Shown in pieces: positions 1 to 8,938 of a DNA stretch of 48,112 bases. The stretch spans positions 1-48,112 of the forward strand of contig CAZSIR010000006.1 in assembly GCA_964606765.1 (NCBI GenBank), read 5' to 3'. How positions within the stretch are numbered: the stretch's first letter is position 1; the number at the start of each line of letters is the position of its first letter. This DNA is from an uncultured Bordetella sp. Its GTDB lineage: Bacteria; Pseudomonadota; Gammaproteobacteria; Burkholderiales; SG8-41. The notes below the pieces were generated by a model, which did no database searches, was not told the DNA's origin, and saw only the letters and a program-made list of their open reading frames with translations. A program made the position numbers and the translations under genes.

Positions 1-2394
1 GCAGCGGCTCAGCGAATCGAGCACCTTGCCGGCGACGGCGGCGGCATTGCCCATGGCCTGCTGCTGATCCTGGCCGAGATCTTCCAGCAGGATGACGAAT
101 TCGTCGCCGCCCAGCCGCGCCACGGTATCCGTGCTGCGCACCCCCCCCTTGAGCCGTTCCGCCACTTCGCACAGCAGCAGGTCCCCGGCTTCATGTCCCA
201 GCGTGTCGTTGATCACCTTGAAGCGGTCGAGGTCGATGAACAGCACCGCGAGCCGGCTGGCGTTGCGTTTCGCCAGCGCCAGCGCGTGCTCCAGCCGCTG
301 GTTGAACATCATGCGGTTCGGCAGTTGTGTCAGGCCGTCATGCGCTGCGACAAACTTGAGCGCCTCCTCGGCTTCGCGCCGACCCAGGTACTGGCCGATC
401 TGGCGCCCGATGGATTGCGCCGTGCCGACCAGCGCCTTTTCAGAGGCATGCGCGCCGCGGTGATAAAACTCCATGACCCCCACCACCTCGCTGCCGCGCA
501 ACAGCGGAAAGGCAAATGCGCCATGCAGTCCTGCGCGCCAGATCAGGTTGGCGCGGCGGAAACCCTGGGCCGGGGCAACGTTGTTGATCCACACCGCCTC
601 TCCCGAAGCGTAGGTGCGGCGCAGCAGTCCCTCCTGTTCGCCCGGCCGGGGGCGGATCACCCGCTGCATGCTGTCCTGCACGAATGCCTGCAGTTCCGGC
701 GCATCCGCACCCCAGGAGGAAAAATATTCAAGCCCCTTTTTCTCCGGACTCCAGAACCAGGCGAGGCCGAACTCCCAGCCCATGTTGCCGCAGATGATCC
801 TGATCAGCTCCGGAAACAGCTCCGCCAGATTGCGGTCTTCCGCCAGCACGCTGGTGACCGCATGCTCCATCGTGCGCCGCCGCTCTTCCTGCTTGCGGTC
901 GGTGATGTCCACGATGGTGCCGATCAATCCGGCGACATTGCCGTCGCGGTGCCTGTAAGTCGCCTTGTAGTAAATGGTATCGAGCGGGTTCCCGTCCGCC
1001 GTGGTGATGCGGGTTTCGTAAATCTGGGTGCCGGGTGTTTTCCACAATTCCTGGTCCATCGCATGCAGACGTTCGGCGATTTCAGGCTGGTGGGGATAGA
1101 GGTCGTGGACGGTCTTGCCAACGAACATTTCCCGCTGCCGTCCGAACAGCGTCTCCCAGGCCTTGTTGACACCGATATAACGCCCGTCAGTCCCTTTGAA
1201 AAAAACCGGATTGGGCAGGGCCTCGATCAGTTCCCGCGTCCGGTGCTGCTCTTCATTGAGCCTGGCTTCGCTGGCCCGCAGGTCGGCGGTCGCCTGGTTG
1301 GCCCAGGCCAGTGCGCGGGCGCGCGAAGTCTGCAGCGCATGCACCAGTCCCGCCAGCAGCAGGCTGATCGCGACGCCGCACAGCAGCACGCCCCAGGGCA
1401 GCCAGCGCTGGACCGCGGAACCGAAGCCCGGGCGGGAACTGAAATACAGATTCCAGCGCCGCCCTCCGACTTCGATGGCGGAAACCTGCCGCAACACAGG
1501 CTGCATTTCCCCGTCTGCTTGGCCGGCGATGCGCTGCCCGGCCTGCAGGCGTTTGCTGTCAAACAGCAGATTTTTTTCGCCCGGCTCCAGTGTGCCGTTA
1601 CCGCCTCCGGTGATCGGACCGGCGTCATGAATCCGCATATGGATCTGCCCGAGCGTGGACTCGCTGAACAATCCGCGCATGACATCGATGACCACGAAGG
1701 AGGCGCTGATGACCCCGGTAAAGGCATCCCGGCGCTGCGCAGCGGAATCCAGCGGCGCACCGGGTCGGTACAGGGGCAGACGCATGGCGAGGCCGGGATA
1801 ACGGCTGGGATCCAGCGCCAGCGCAATCGGCCCCGAGGCCGTCAGCAGGCCCGAGTCGCGCACGCGGCTCAAAGCCTCCAGCCGCACCGGATCGCCGGCG
1901 AGATCCAGTCCTCGCGCGCCTTCGTTCCCCTTGCGCGGAACCACGTGACGCACAACGACATATTCATCCCGGCGCCCCGGCGGTTTGATCGCAAAATCCG
2001 CGTCACCAGCCCTGCGCGTGGCCGCCTCGAATGCAGGACGCTGCGCATCGGTGATGCGCTCGGCATAATGCACCACCTGGATTCCGGGATAACGCCGGCC
2101 CAGATCGAGGGCAGTCACGTATTCGGAAAACTCGCGCCCGGAAAAATGGCCGGCATTGGCCATATAGAGAGCGCGCGCGCCGGTCAGCACCTCGGAATAA
2201 CTCCGCATGCGTGATTCGACCGCATCGCGGGCGTCGTCAGCCGCAGCCGCAAAACGCTCCCGGATTTCGCGCTCGGCCTGCGAGCGCGTTGCATTCCACG
2301 CCAACGCTGACAACAGCAGACCGCAGGCGAACACCAGCAGAGCCGTCCAGCGGTGCCAGCGACTCAAGCCGCGACTTTGATCTGCCTGATCCAA
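1..2394 (-). CDS. Membrane-anchored diguanylate cyclase (TM-CHASE-TM-PAS-GAF-GGDEF), 3'-partial (runs off the left edge)
   Basis: Absent from the ORF track because no stop lies in the window. Manual minus-strand translation from TTG at 2394 (preceded by GGAGGAG) gives MDQADQSRGLSRWHRWTALLVFACGLLLSALAW (TM), then a CHASE-like region (RYPGIQ), a PAC-like GLIGTIVDITDRK, a GAF-like AFAFPL..VVGVMEF, HDGLTQLPNR, FIDLDRFKVINDTLGHEAGD and RSTDTVARLGGDEF at about 91-135. Confidence 0.9.
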   Translation of the reverse strand, partial: MDQADQSRGLSRWHRWTALLVFACGLLLSALAWNATRSQAEREIRERFAAAADDARDAVESRMRSYSEVLTGARALYMANAGHFSGREFSEYVTALDLGRRYPGIQVVHYAERITDAQRPAFEAATRRAGDADFAIKPPGRRDEYVVVRHVVPRKGNEGARGLDLAGDPVRLEALSRVRDSGLLTASGPIALALDPSRYPGLAMRLPLYRPGAPLDSAAQRRDAFTGVISASFVVIDVMRGLFSESTLGQIHMRIHDAGPITGGGNGTLEPGEKNLLFDSKRLQAGQRIAGQADGEMQPVLRQVSAIEVGGRRWNLYFSSRPGFGSAVQRWLPWGVLLCGVAISLLLAGLVHALQTSRARALAWANQATADLRASEARLNEEQHRTRELIEALPNPVFFKGTDGRYIGVNKAWETLFGRQREMFVGKTVHDLYPHQPEIAERLHAMDQELWKTPGTQIYETRITTADGNPLDTIYYKATYRHRDGNVAGLIGTIVDITDRKQEERRRTMEHAVTSVLAEDRNLAELFPELIRIICGNMGWEFGLAWFWSPEKKGLEYFSSWGADAPELQAFVQDSMQRVIRPRPGEQEGLLRRTYASGEAVWINNVAPAQGFRRANLIWRAGLHGAFAFPLLRGSEVVGVMEFYHRGAHASEKALVGTAQSIGRQIGQYLGRREAEEALKFVAAHDGLTQLPNRMMFNQRLEHALALAKRNASRLAVLFIDLDRFKVINDTLGHEAGDLLLCEVAERLKGGVRSTDTVARLGGDEFVILLEDLGQDQQQAMGNAAAVAGKVLDSLSRC

Positions 2395-2502
2395 GTGCTC
2401 CTCCAATCCGCAGACAGTTCCGGCTTTTGCCAGACGGCGTTATCCATTGCTGTTGCTGCAGCGGGATGATACGGCAAAGCGCCCTGCCGCCCGGGACGAT
2501 GC

Positions 2503-3375
2503 TCAGTATTCGCTGTCGAAAGCGGTGTCGCCTTCAGCCACCGGAGCGTTTGTGGCCTGCACCGCCCCGAAGTCAAACAGGCTGCGGTCGAGCAGATGCG
2601 ACGGCCGCACATTCTGGATGCTGGTCAGCAGCGTCGCGACGCGGCCGGGATGGCGCTTCTCCCAGTCCTGCAGCAATGCCTTGACCTCCTTGCGTTTCAG
2701 GGTCTCCTGCGAGCCGCAAAGGGTGCAGGGAATGATCGGAAACTGCTTCAGTTCTGCGTACGCCTGCAGATCGCTTTCCTCGCAGTAGGCCAGCGGCCGG
2801 ATCACCACATTGCGGCCGTCATCAGACACCAGCTTCGGCGGCATGGTCTTCAGTTTCCCGCCATAGAACATGTTGAGGAAAAAGGTTTCGAGGATGTCGT
2901 CGCGATGGTGGCCAAGCGCAATCCTGGTCGCCCCCAGCTCCTGCGCCACGCGGTAGAGCACGCCGCGGCGCAGTCGTGAACACAGCGAACACATGGTCTT
3001 GCCCTCGGGGATCACCCGCTTGACGATGCTGTAGGTGTCCTGATTCTCGATATGGAAGGGCACGCCGAGCCGCGTCAGGTATTCCGGCAGCACATGCGCC
3101 GGAAATCCCGGCTGCTTCTGGTCGAGATTGACGGCAACGATGTCGAAATCAACCGGCGCGCGGCTGCGCAGCTGCAGCAGGATGTCGAGCAGGGCATAGC
3201 TGTCCTTGCCGCCGGACAGGCAGACCATGACCTTGTCGCCGTCGCGGATCATGTCGAAATCGGCGATGGCCTGCCCGACCTGGCGGTGCAGGCGCTTGGT
3301 CAGCTTGTTTGATTCGTAGTACGCCTTGCGCTCGCTGTTGCTGCGCGGCGTGATGTGTATGGTCTGTGTTTCCAT
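2503..3375 (-). CDS. ttcA: tRNA 2-thiocytidine(32) synthetase TtcA
   Basis: PP-loop [22 protein letters not shown] and CTLC motifs. Start set at METQ (3375); an alternative ATG lies at 3402. Confidence 0.95.
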   Translation of the reverse strand: METQTIHITPRSNSERKAYYESNKLTKRLHRQVGQAIADFDMIRDGDKVMVCLSGGKDSYALLDILLQLRSRAPVDFDIVAVNLDQKQPGFPAHVLPEYLTRLGVPFHIENQDTYSIVKRVIPEGKTMCSLCSRLRRGVLYRVAQELGATRIALGHHRDDILETFFLNMFYGGKLKTMPPKLVSDDGRNVVIRPLAYCEESDLQAYAELKQFPIIPCTLCGSQETLKRKEVKALLQDWEKRHPGRVATLLTSIQNVRPSHLLDRSLFDFGAVQATNAPVAEGDTAFDSEY

Positions 3376-3439
3376 CCAATCCACCCTGGCGGCGTCCGTC
3401 ATCCGCCCCGTTGTTAAATCCGTGATTGATCCAGGCCGT

Positions 3440-4189
3440 TCAGGCCATGATGCTGCGGCCGCCATCCACTGCGATGACCTGGCCCGTGACATAAGGCGCC
3501 GCAGCCAGGAATTCCACCGCCATGGCGATGTCATCGGGTTCGCCGGTGCGTTTCAGAACCGTCTGGTTGACGATGCGCTGGCGTTCGATGTCATTCTGCC
3601 ATGCCGGATCCTCGGGCCAGACAATGGTGCCGGGCGAGACGCCGTTGACCCGCACCAGGGGCCCCAGTTCGCGCGCCAGCGACCGCGTCAGCGCCAGCAA
3701 ACCGCCCTTGGCCGCGTTGTAAACCAGATGGCTTTTCATCGGCAGTTCGGCGTGGATGTCGATGATGTTGACGATGCAACCCTGGGTCTTGCGCAGTTCC
3801 GGCGCCGCCGCCTGTGACAGGAACAGCGGCGCCTTCAGGTTGGTTCCGATCAGGTCATCCCAGGCCTGCTCATCGATGCCGCCCACGGGCGTGGCGTAAA
3901 AACTCGAGGCATTGTTGACCAGCACATCCATCCTCCCGAATGCGGCAAGCGTATCGCGGATCAATTGCGGCAGCGCGCCCGGCGCCAGCAGATCGGCGCG
4001 CGCCAGCGCCGCCGAGCCGGCGCGCATCGCGTTCAATTCACGCAGCAAGGCCTGCGCGTCGGGCACCGAGTGATGGTGGTTGACCACAATATTGGCGCCG
4101 GCTGCATGCAGCCGGCGGCAGATCGCCGCGCCGACGCGGCGCGCGCCGCCGGTGACCAGCACCACCTTGCCGGCGAGTGCATGGCTCAT
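3440..4189 (-). CDS. Pteridine reductase-like short-chain dehydrogenase (FolM/PTR1 type)
   Basis: TGGARRVG nucleotide-binding motif, NNAS, YNAAK catalytic motif and VDGG C-terminus. Confidence 0.85.
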   Translation of the reverse strand: MSHALAGKVVLVTGGARRVGAAICRRLHAAGANIVVNHHHSVPDAQALLRELNAMRAGSAALARADLLAPGALPQLIRDTLAAFGRMDVLVNNASSFYATPVGGIDEQAWDDLIGTNLKAPLFLSQAAAPELRKTQGCIVNIIDIHAELPMKSHLVYNAAKGGLLALTRSLARELGPLVRVNGVSPGTIVWPEDPAWQNDIERQRIVNQTVLKRTGEPDDIAMAVEFLAAAPYVTGQVIAVDGGRSIMA

Positions 4190-4271
4190 GGCCTGCCGCC
4201 CGCAACAGGATGTCGCCCGGGTATCATTTGACAGTCGTAAATCATTGTTTATTTTATCGTAATATCCCGCG

Positions 4272-5438
4272 GTGACTTCATCGCCGCAGAATCCCGCGCT
4301 GCCCCTGCCGTCGCCCGAGGCCCAGGCGCTGAGTGCACGCCTGCGGCAGCGAATCGACGACGATATCCGCGCCGCCGGCGGATGGATCAGCTTCAGCCGC
4401 TACATGGAACTTGCGCTCTATGCGCCGGGCCTCGGTTACTACAGCGCCGGCAGCCGCAAACTCGGCGCCGCAGGCGATTTCATCACCGCCCCGGAACTCT
4501 CGCCGCTGTTCGGCCGCACCCTGGCACGGCAAATCGCCGAACTGCTGGCGCAGGACGTTCCCGACCTCGTCGAACTCGGCGCCGGCAGCGGCGCGCTGGC
4601 CGCCGTGCTGCTGGCCGAACTCGCCGCGCTGGGCTGTCTGCCGCGGCACTACCGGATACTCGAAGTCAGCGCCGATCTGCGCCAGCGCCAGCAGGCGCAC
4701 CTCCATGCGGCCGTTCCGCAGCTCGCCGATCGCATCGAATGGCTGGAGCAACTGCCGGACCGGCTGCATGCGGTCCTCGTCGCCAACGAAGTGCTGGATG
4801 CACTGCCGGCGCATCGCATACGCGTCAATCAGGGGGTGATGGAAGAAATCGGCGTCAGCAGCAACGGCGACGGGTTTGATTGGGCTTGTCGACCGGCTTG
4901 CGCCGCAGTGGCCGCTGCGGCGGCCCGCCTCGCACTGCCCGACGATTACGAAAGCGAAATCGCGCTCGCCGCCCCGGGGCTGGTCAACAGCCTGGCACAG
5001 CGCCTGCAACGCGGCGCCCTGCTGTTCATCGATTACGGTTTCCCGGCGCACGAATTTTTTCACCCGCAGCGCAACCGCGGCACCTTGATGTGCCACTACC
5101 GCCATCATGCCCACCCCGACCCTTTTTTGTGGCCCGGGTTGCAGGACATCACCGCCCATGTCGATTTCAGCGCCATCGCAGATGCCGGCATTGCGGGAGG
5201 ACTCGATGTGCTGGGTTACACCGGCCAGGCGCAGTTCCTGATCAACTGCGGCGTCACCGGATTGCTTGCCGAGGTGCCGGCTGCCGACACCGCGCGTTAC
5301 GCGCCATTGGCGGCGCAGGCGCAGCAACTGCTGTCACCGGCGGAAATGGGCGAATTGTTCAAGGTCCTCGCACTCGGCCGCGACATCAAGCCGCCCCTGC
5401 TCGGCTTTTACCGCGGCGATCGTTCGCGCACGCTGTAA
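4272..5438 (+). CDS. SAM-dependent methyltransferase, MidA/NDUFAF7 family
   Basis: YMELALYAPGLGYY, GDFITAPE, ELGAGSG, NEVLDALP, IDYG, DITAHVDF and MGELFKV motifs. Confidence 0.92.
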   Translation: MTSSPQNPALPLPSPEAQALSARLRQRIDDDIRAAGGWISFSRYMELALYAPGLGYYSAGSRKLGAAGDFITAPELSPLFGRTLARQIAELLAQDVPDLVELGAGSGALAAVLLAELAALGCLPRHYRILEVSADLRQRQQAHLHAAVPQLADRIEWLEQLPDRLHAVLVANEVLDALPAHRIRVNQGVMEEIGVSSNGDGFDWACRPACAAVAAAAARLALPDDYESEIALAAPGLVNSLAQRLQRGALLFIDYGFPAHEFFHPQRNRGTLMCHYRHHAHPDPFLWPGLQDITAHVDFSAIADAGIAGGLDVLGYTGQAQFLINCGVTGLLAEVPAADTARYAPLAAQAQQLLSPAEMGELFKVLALGRDIKPPLLGFYRGDRSRTL

Positions 5439-5465
5439 TCCCTGCCGTTCCGATATCATGGAACC

Positions 5466-6152
5466 GTGAAGCCTTTCTGCCGGGAAATTACCTTCATTGC
5501 CGCTTGCGTCGCCCTCGCGCTGCCCGCCATTCCGGCGCCGGCCGCCGAGGCGCCCTCGGTGGCGAAGGCGCAATACCAGTGGTCACAAAGCCCCCACGGC
5601 CGCATGCTCGAACGCATACTGCCGCCGTCGATAGAGCCGGCGCAACTGCCGGAACCGCAAAGCACGGGCGCGCGGCTGACCGCCCGTTACTGCATCCAGT
5701 GCCATTACCTGCCCAATCCGCAGATGCACACGGCCGCGCGCTGGCAACCCATCATCGAACGCATGCTGTGGCGCATGCAGGGCAAAGGCAACCTGGGTCC
5801 GCTGATGAAGGACATGATGGCCGGCGTCGAGGCGCCTTCCGACGAAGAGGCCGCGGCACTGTCCGCCTACCTCGCCCGGCATGCGCAGCGGGAAATCGAT
5901 CCCCGGCATCCGGCCCTCGCGACCAGGGCCGGTCAGATGTTCAGCATCGCCTGTTCTCAATGCCACGCACTGCCCGATCCGCAACGTCACAGCGCAGGTG
6001 AATGGCCCGGCGTCGTCAAGCGCATGCAGGGCCACATGGCCTGGGCCAACACCGTGGTCGGTGTCAGCGAACTGCGCACCAACCCGGTCCTCGAAACCGC
6101 GGAGATCGTCAAACTGCTGCAACGCTACGGCCGCAAAGACGGCAGCCGATAA
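5466..6152 (+). CDS. Periplasmic diheme c-type cytochrome
   Basis: N-terminal signal peptide and two CxxCH motifs (CIQCH, CSQCH) in duplicated domains. Confidence 0.8.
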   Translation: MKPFCREITFIAACVALALPAIPAPAAEAPSVAKAQYQWSQSPHGRMLERILPPSIEPAQLPEPQSTGARLTARYCIQCHYLPNPQMHTAARWQPIIERMLWRMQGKGNLGPLMKDMMAGVEAPSDEEAAALSAYLARHAQREIDPRHPALATRAGQMFSIACSQCHALPDPQRHSAGEWPGVVKRMQGHMAWANTVVGVSELRTNPVLETAEIVKLLQRYGRKDGSR

Positions 6153-6173
6153 ACCGGACCGTTCCGCGGCGAA

Positions 6174-6794
6174 TCAGACCTTCGGCACCGCCATGCCGCG
6201 CTGCACCGCCGGACGTTTAGTGAGTTTGTCGTACCAGCGTTTGACGCCGGGGAAATCGTTGAGATCGACCTTGTGCCATTCGTGGCGGGCGATCCACGGG
6301 TAAGTCGCCATGTCTGCAATGGTGTATTCACCGGCCAGCCATTCGTGTCCGGCGAGATGCTTGTCGAGCACGCCGTAGAGGCGCCGGGTTTCCGTGACAT
6401 AACGCTCGATGCCGTAGGGCACCGGCTCCTTCGCCGCGCGCAGGAAGTGATGCGCCTGACCGAACATCGGGCCGACGCCGCCCATCTGGAACATCAGCCA
6501 CTGCAGCGCGTCGTAACGTCCGCGCACGGCCTGCGGCAGGAATTTGCCGGTTTTGCCGGCGAGGTAAATCAGGATGGCGCCCGACTCCATCAGCGCAATC
6601 GGTTTGCCGTCGGGCCCTTCGGGATCCACGATCGCCGGAATCTTGCTGTTGGGATTAATGGCGACAAACTCCGGCTTGAACTGGTCGCCCTGGCCGATAT
6701 TGATGGCATGGGTTCTGTAATCCAGGCCGCACTCCTCCAGCATGATGGAAACCTTGCGGCCGTTGGGTGTGCTCCAGGTATAAAAATCGATCAT
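6174..6794 (-). CDS. Glutathione S-transferase family protein (YfcG/Nu-class-like disulfide oxidoreductase)
   Basis: TPNGRK N-terminus, NPNSKIPAI, ESGAIL and QMGGVGPMFGQ motifs; GGAGGA Shine-Dalgarno. Confidence 0.9.
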   Translation of the reverse strand: MIDFYTWSTPNGRKVSIMLEECGLDYRTHAINIGQGDQFKPEFVAINPNSKIPAIVDPEGPDGKPIALMESGAILIYLAGKTGKFLPQAVRGRYDALQWLMFQMGGVGPMFGQAHHFLRAAKEPVPYGIERYVTETRRLYGVLDKHLAGHEWLAGEYTIADMATYPWIARHEWHKVDLNDFPGVKRWYDKLTKRPAVQRGMAVPKV

Positions 6795-6831
6795 TGCGAT
6801 ATCCTCCGGGTTGACATCATGAGCATCTGAT

Positions 6832-7929
6832 TTATCGGGTGTTTTTTAATGCCGACAAACGCGCCTGGGAAACGGCTGTCTTGATCTCAGCGGGCGCGGC
6901 ATGATGGCGTGCCACGGCGCCGGCATCCACCGCCAGCGTCGCCGCATGCGCGCGGCGCAAACGCTGGCGCGCCGGTTCGACAGCCGCCTCGCCCGCCAAT
7001 GCCGCCTGCACCAGCGCGGTAAAACGTTCCGGCCGTCGCCAGGCGTCGGCCGCTTCGAACAAACCCAGCAACTCCTCCGCATCCAGGCTCGCGGCATCGG
7101 CCAGCGCATTGCCATGCCGCGCCGCCAGCACTGCGAGGTCGCGGCAACCCGCCGGCGCTTTTATCTTGGCGCAAAACGCCTCCACCGCTTCGGGCTCAAG
7201 GACGCGCGCCAGCGCGGCAAAGCGCACATCGAGTGACGCCCCCTGTTCCGCTGCGGCATCGAGCGCCTGCAACGCCTCTTCGGCGCGACCTTGTTCATAC
7301 AAGGCATCGAGTTGCGGCAATACACGCGCCAAAGCGCCGCACTCCCGCAATACCGCAAACATCGTCGATGGCGTTTTTTCCAGCAAACCCTTGGCCAGTT
7401 CCTGCCACACGCGTTCCGCCACCAGCGCATCGGCTTCGCCGGCCTCAACCATCTGCATCATCAGGGCCTGCGTCTCGGGCGCAACGCTGAAGCCGAAACG
7501 CGCCGCGAATCGCGCCACGCGCAGGATGCGCACCGGGTCTTCGGCGAAAGCCGGACTGACATGGCGCAACACACCGGCGCCGATGTCTTCGGAGCCATGA
7601 TGGGGATCAATCAATCGCCCCGCTTCATCGCGTGCCATCGCATTGATGGTCAGGTCGCGGCGCTGCAGATCCTCTTCCAGCGTGACTTCGGGCGCGGCAT
7701 GGAAGGTGAAGCCGTGGTAACCCGGGGCGGTTTTGCGCTCAGTACGCGCCAGCGCGTATTCCTCATGGGTCTCTGGATGCAGGAACACCGGGAAATCGCG
7801 GCCGACGGGTTTGTAGCCATTCTTGACCATTTCCTCCGGAGTCGCGCCAACGACCACGTAGTCACGGTCCTGCACCGGCAGGCCGAGCATTTCGTCGCGA
7901 ACCGCGCCGCCCACCACATAGGTTTTCAT
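6832..7929 (-). CDS. cca: CCA-adding tRNA nucleotidyltransferase (short form, no HD motif)
   Basis: [35 protein letters not shown] and [12 protein letters not shown] motifs. Start moved to MKTYVV (7929). Confidence 0.93.
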   Translation of the reverse strand: MKTYVVGGAVRDEMLGLPVQDRDYVVVGATPEEMVKNGYKPVGRDFPVFLHPETHEEYALARTERKTAPGYHGFTFHAAPEVTLEEDLQRRDLTINAMARDEAGRLIDPHHGSEDIGAGVLRHVSPAFAEDPVRILRVARFAARFGFSVAPETQALMMQMVEAGEADALVAERVWQELAKGLLEKTPSTMFAVLRECGALARVLPQLDALYEQGRAEEALQALDAAAEQGASLDVRFAALARVLEPEAVEAFCAKIKAPAGCRDLAVLAARHGNALADAASLDAEELLGLFEAADAWRRPERFTALVQAALAGEAAVEPARQRLRRAHAATLAVDAGAVARHHAAPAEIKTAVSQARLSALKNTR

Positions 7930-7961
7930 CGGGATGCCGGTGTAATCGCGGAAAACCCGGA

Positions 7962-8900
7962 TCAGCGGCCCGCGCTGCCGCGGAAATGCCGGTAACGGCC
8001 GCGCGGCGTGCGCGCAGCCAGCCATGCCGGTGCCACCGATTCCAGCGCCTGCGGCCGGATGCCGAAGGGAAACGCGCAATCGCAGACGCTGTCGATTTCC
8101 ATCGAGCGCACATTGTCGCGCGTCATCAATTTCACCGGCAGCCATTCCATCGTCCAGGCCTGCAGGTAGGACAGGGGACGGTTCAATCCGATGATCGGCC
8201 GTTCGTTGCCCGTGGTCCGCCCAACCCAGGCCACCAGTTCGCGCAGCGTGTACTGGCGCGGCCCGCAGAGATCGTATTGCCGGTCCAGCGTTCCGAGATC
8301 CGTCAGCGCATGCACAAAGGCCGTCGTGACGTCGTTCACATAGACCGGCTGGAATTTCGCATCCGCCCGCGCCAGCACCAACAACGGCAGCATTCGTGCG
8401 AGACAGGCAAACAGATTGAGAAAGCTGTCACCGGGCCCGAAAATCACCGACGGACGGAAGATCGTGAAATCGAGGCCGGATTTACGCACGATCTGTTCGG
8501 CTTCGCCCTTGCTGCGCAGATAGGCGCTGGGCGCATCGGTCGCCGCGCCCAGCGCGCTCATCTGCAGCAGGCGGTGGACCTTGTTGGCGCGGCAGGCCGC
8601 GACAACCTGGCGCGCCAGCGCCACATGCGCCGCGGCAAAGCCGCGTTTGCCGCGTGCATCGTGCAATACCCCGACCAGATTGATCACCGCATCGCAACCT
8701 TTGACCAGCGCCGCCAGCGCCGCGGGATCCTGCACATCGGCCACCACCACGTCGACCGTGGGCAGCAGGATCAGCGCTTTGGCACGTTCACGGTCGCGTG
8801 TGGGTACACGGACGCGATAACCCTGCGCGGCCAGTTGCTGGCAGAGATGGCGGCCGACAAAACCGCCGCCGCCGATGACACAGACCGTGTGGATTTGCAT
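7962..8900 (-). CDS. NDUFA9-like NAD(P)-dependent epimerase/dehydratase (atypical SDR)
   Basis: [35 protein letters not shown] and FQPVYV motifs. Confidence 0.88.
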   Translation of the reverse strand: MQIHTVCVIGGGGFVGRHLCQQLAAQGYRVRVPTRDRERAKALILLPTVDVVVADVQDPAALAALVKGCDAVINLVGVLHDARGKRGFAAAHVALARQVVAACRANKVHRLLQMSALGAATDAPSAYLRSKGEAEQIVRKSGLDFTIFRPSVIFGPGDSFLNLFACLARMLPLLVLARADAKFQPVYVNDVTTAFVHALTDLGTLDRQYDLCGPRQYTLRELVAWVGRTTGNERPIIGLNRPLSYLQAWTMEWLPVKLMTRDNVRSMEIDSVCDCAFPFGIRPQALESVAPAWLAARTPRGRYRHFRGSAGR

Positions 8901-8938
8901 TGGACTATTCTACCCTCCACTGCAGCGGCAATTTCCGC

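Noticed and set aside
193-2214. 673-aa + strand ORF
   Set aside because: It is the codon-aligned antisense shadow of the GGDEF gene and has no recognisable motifs.
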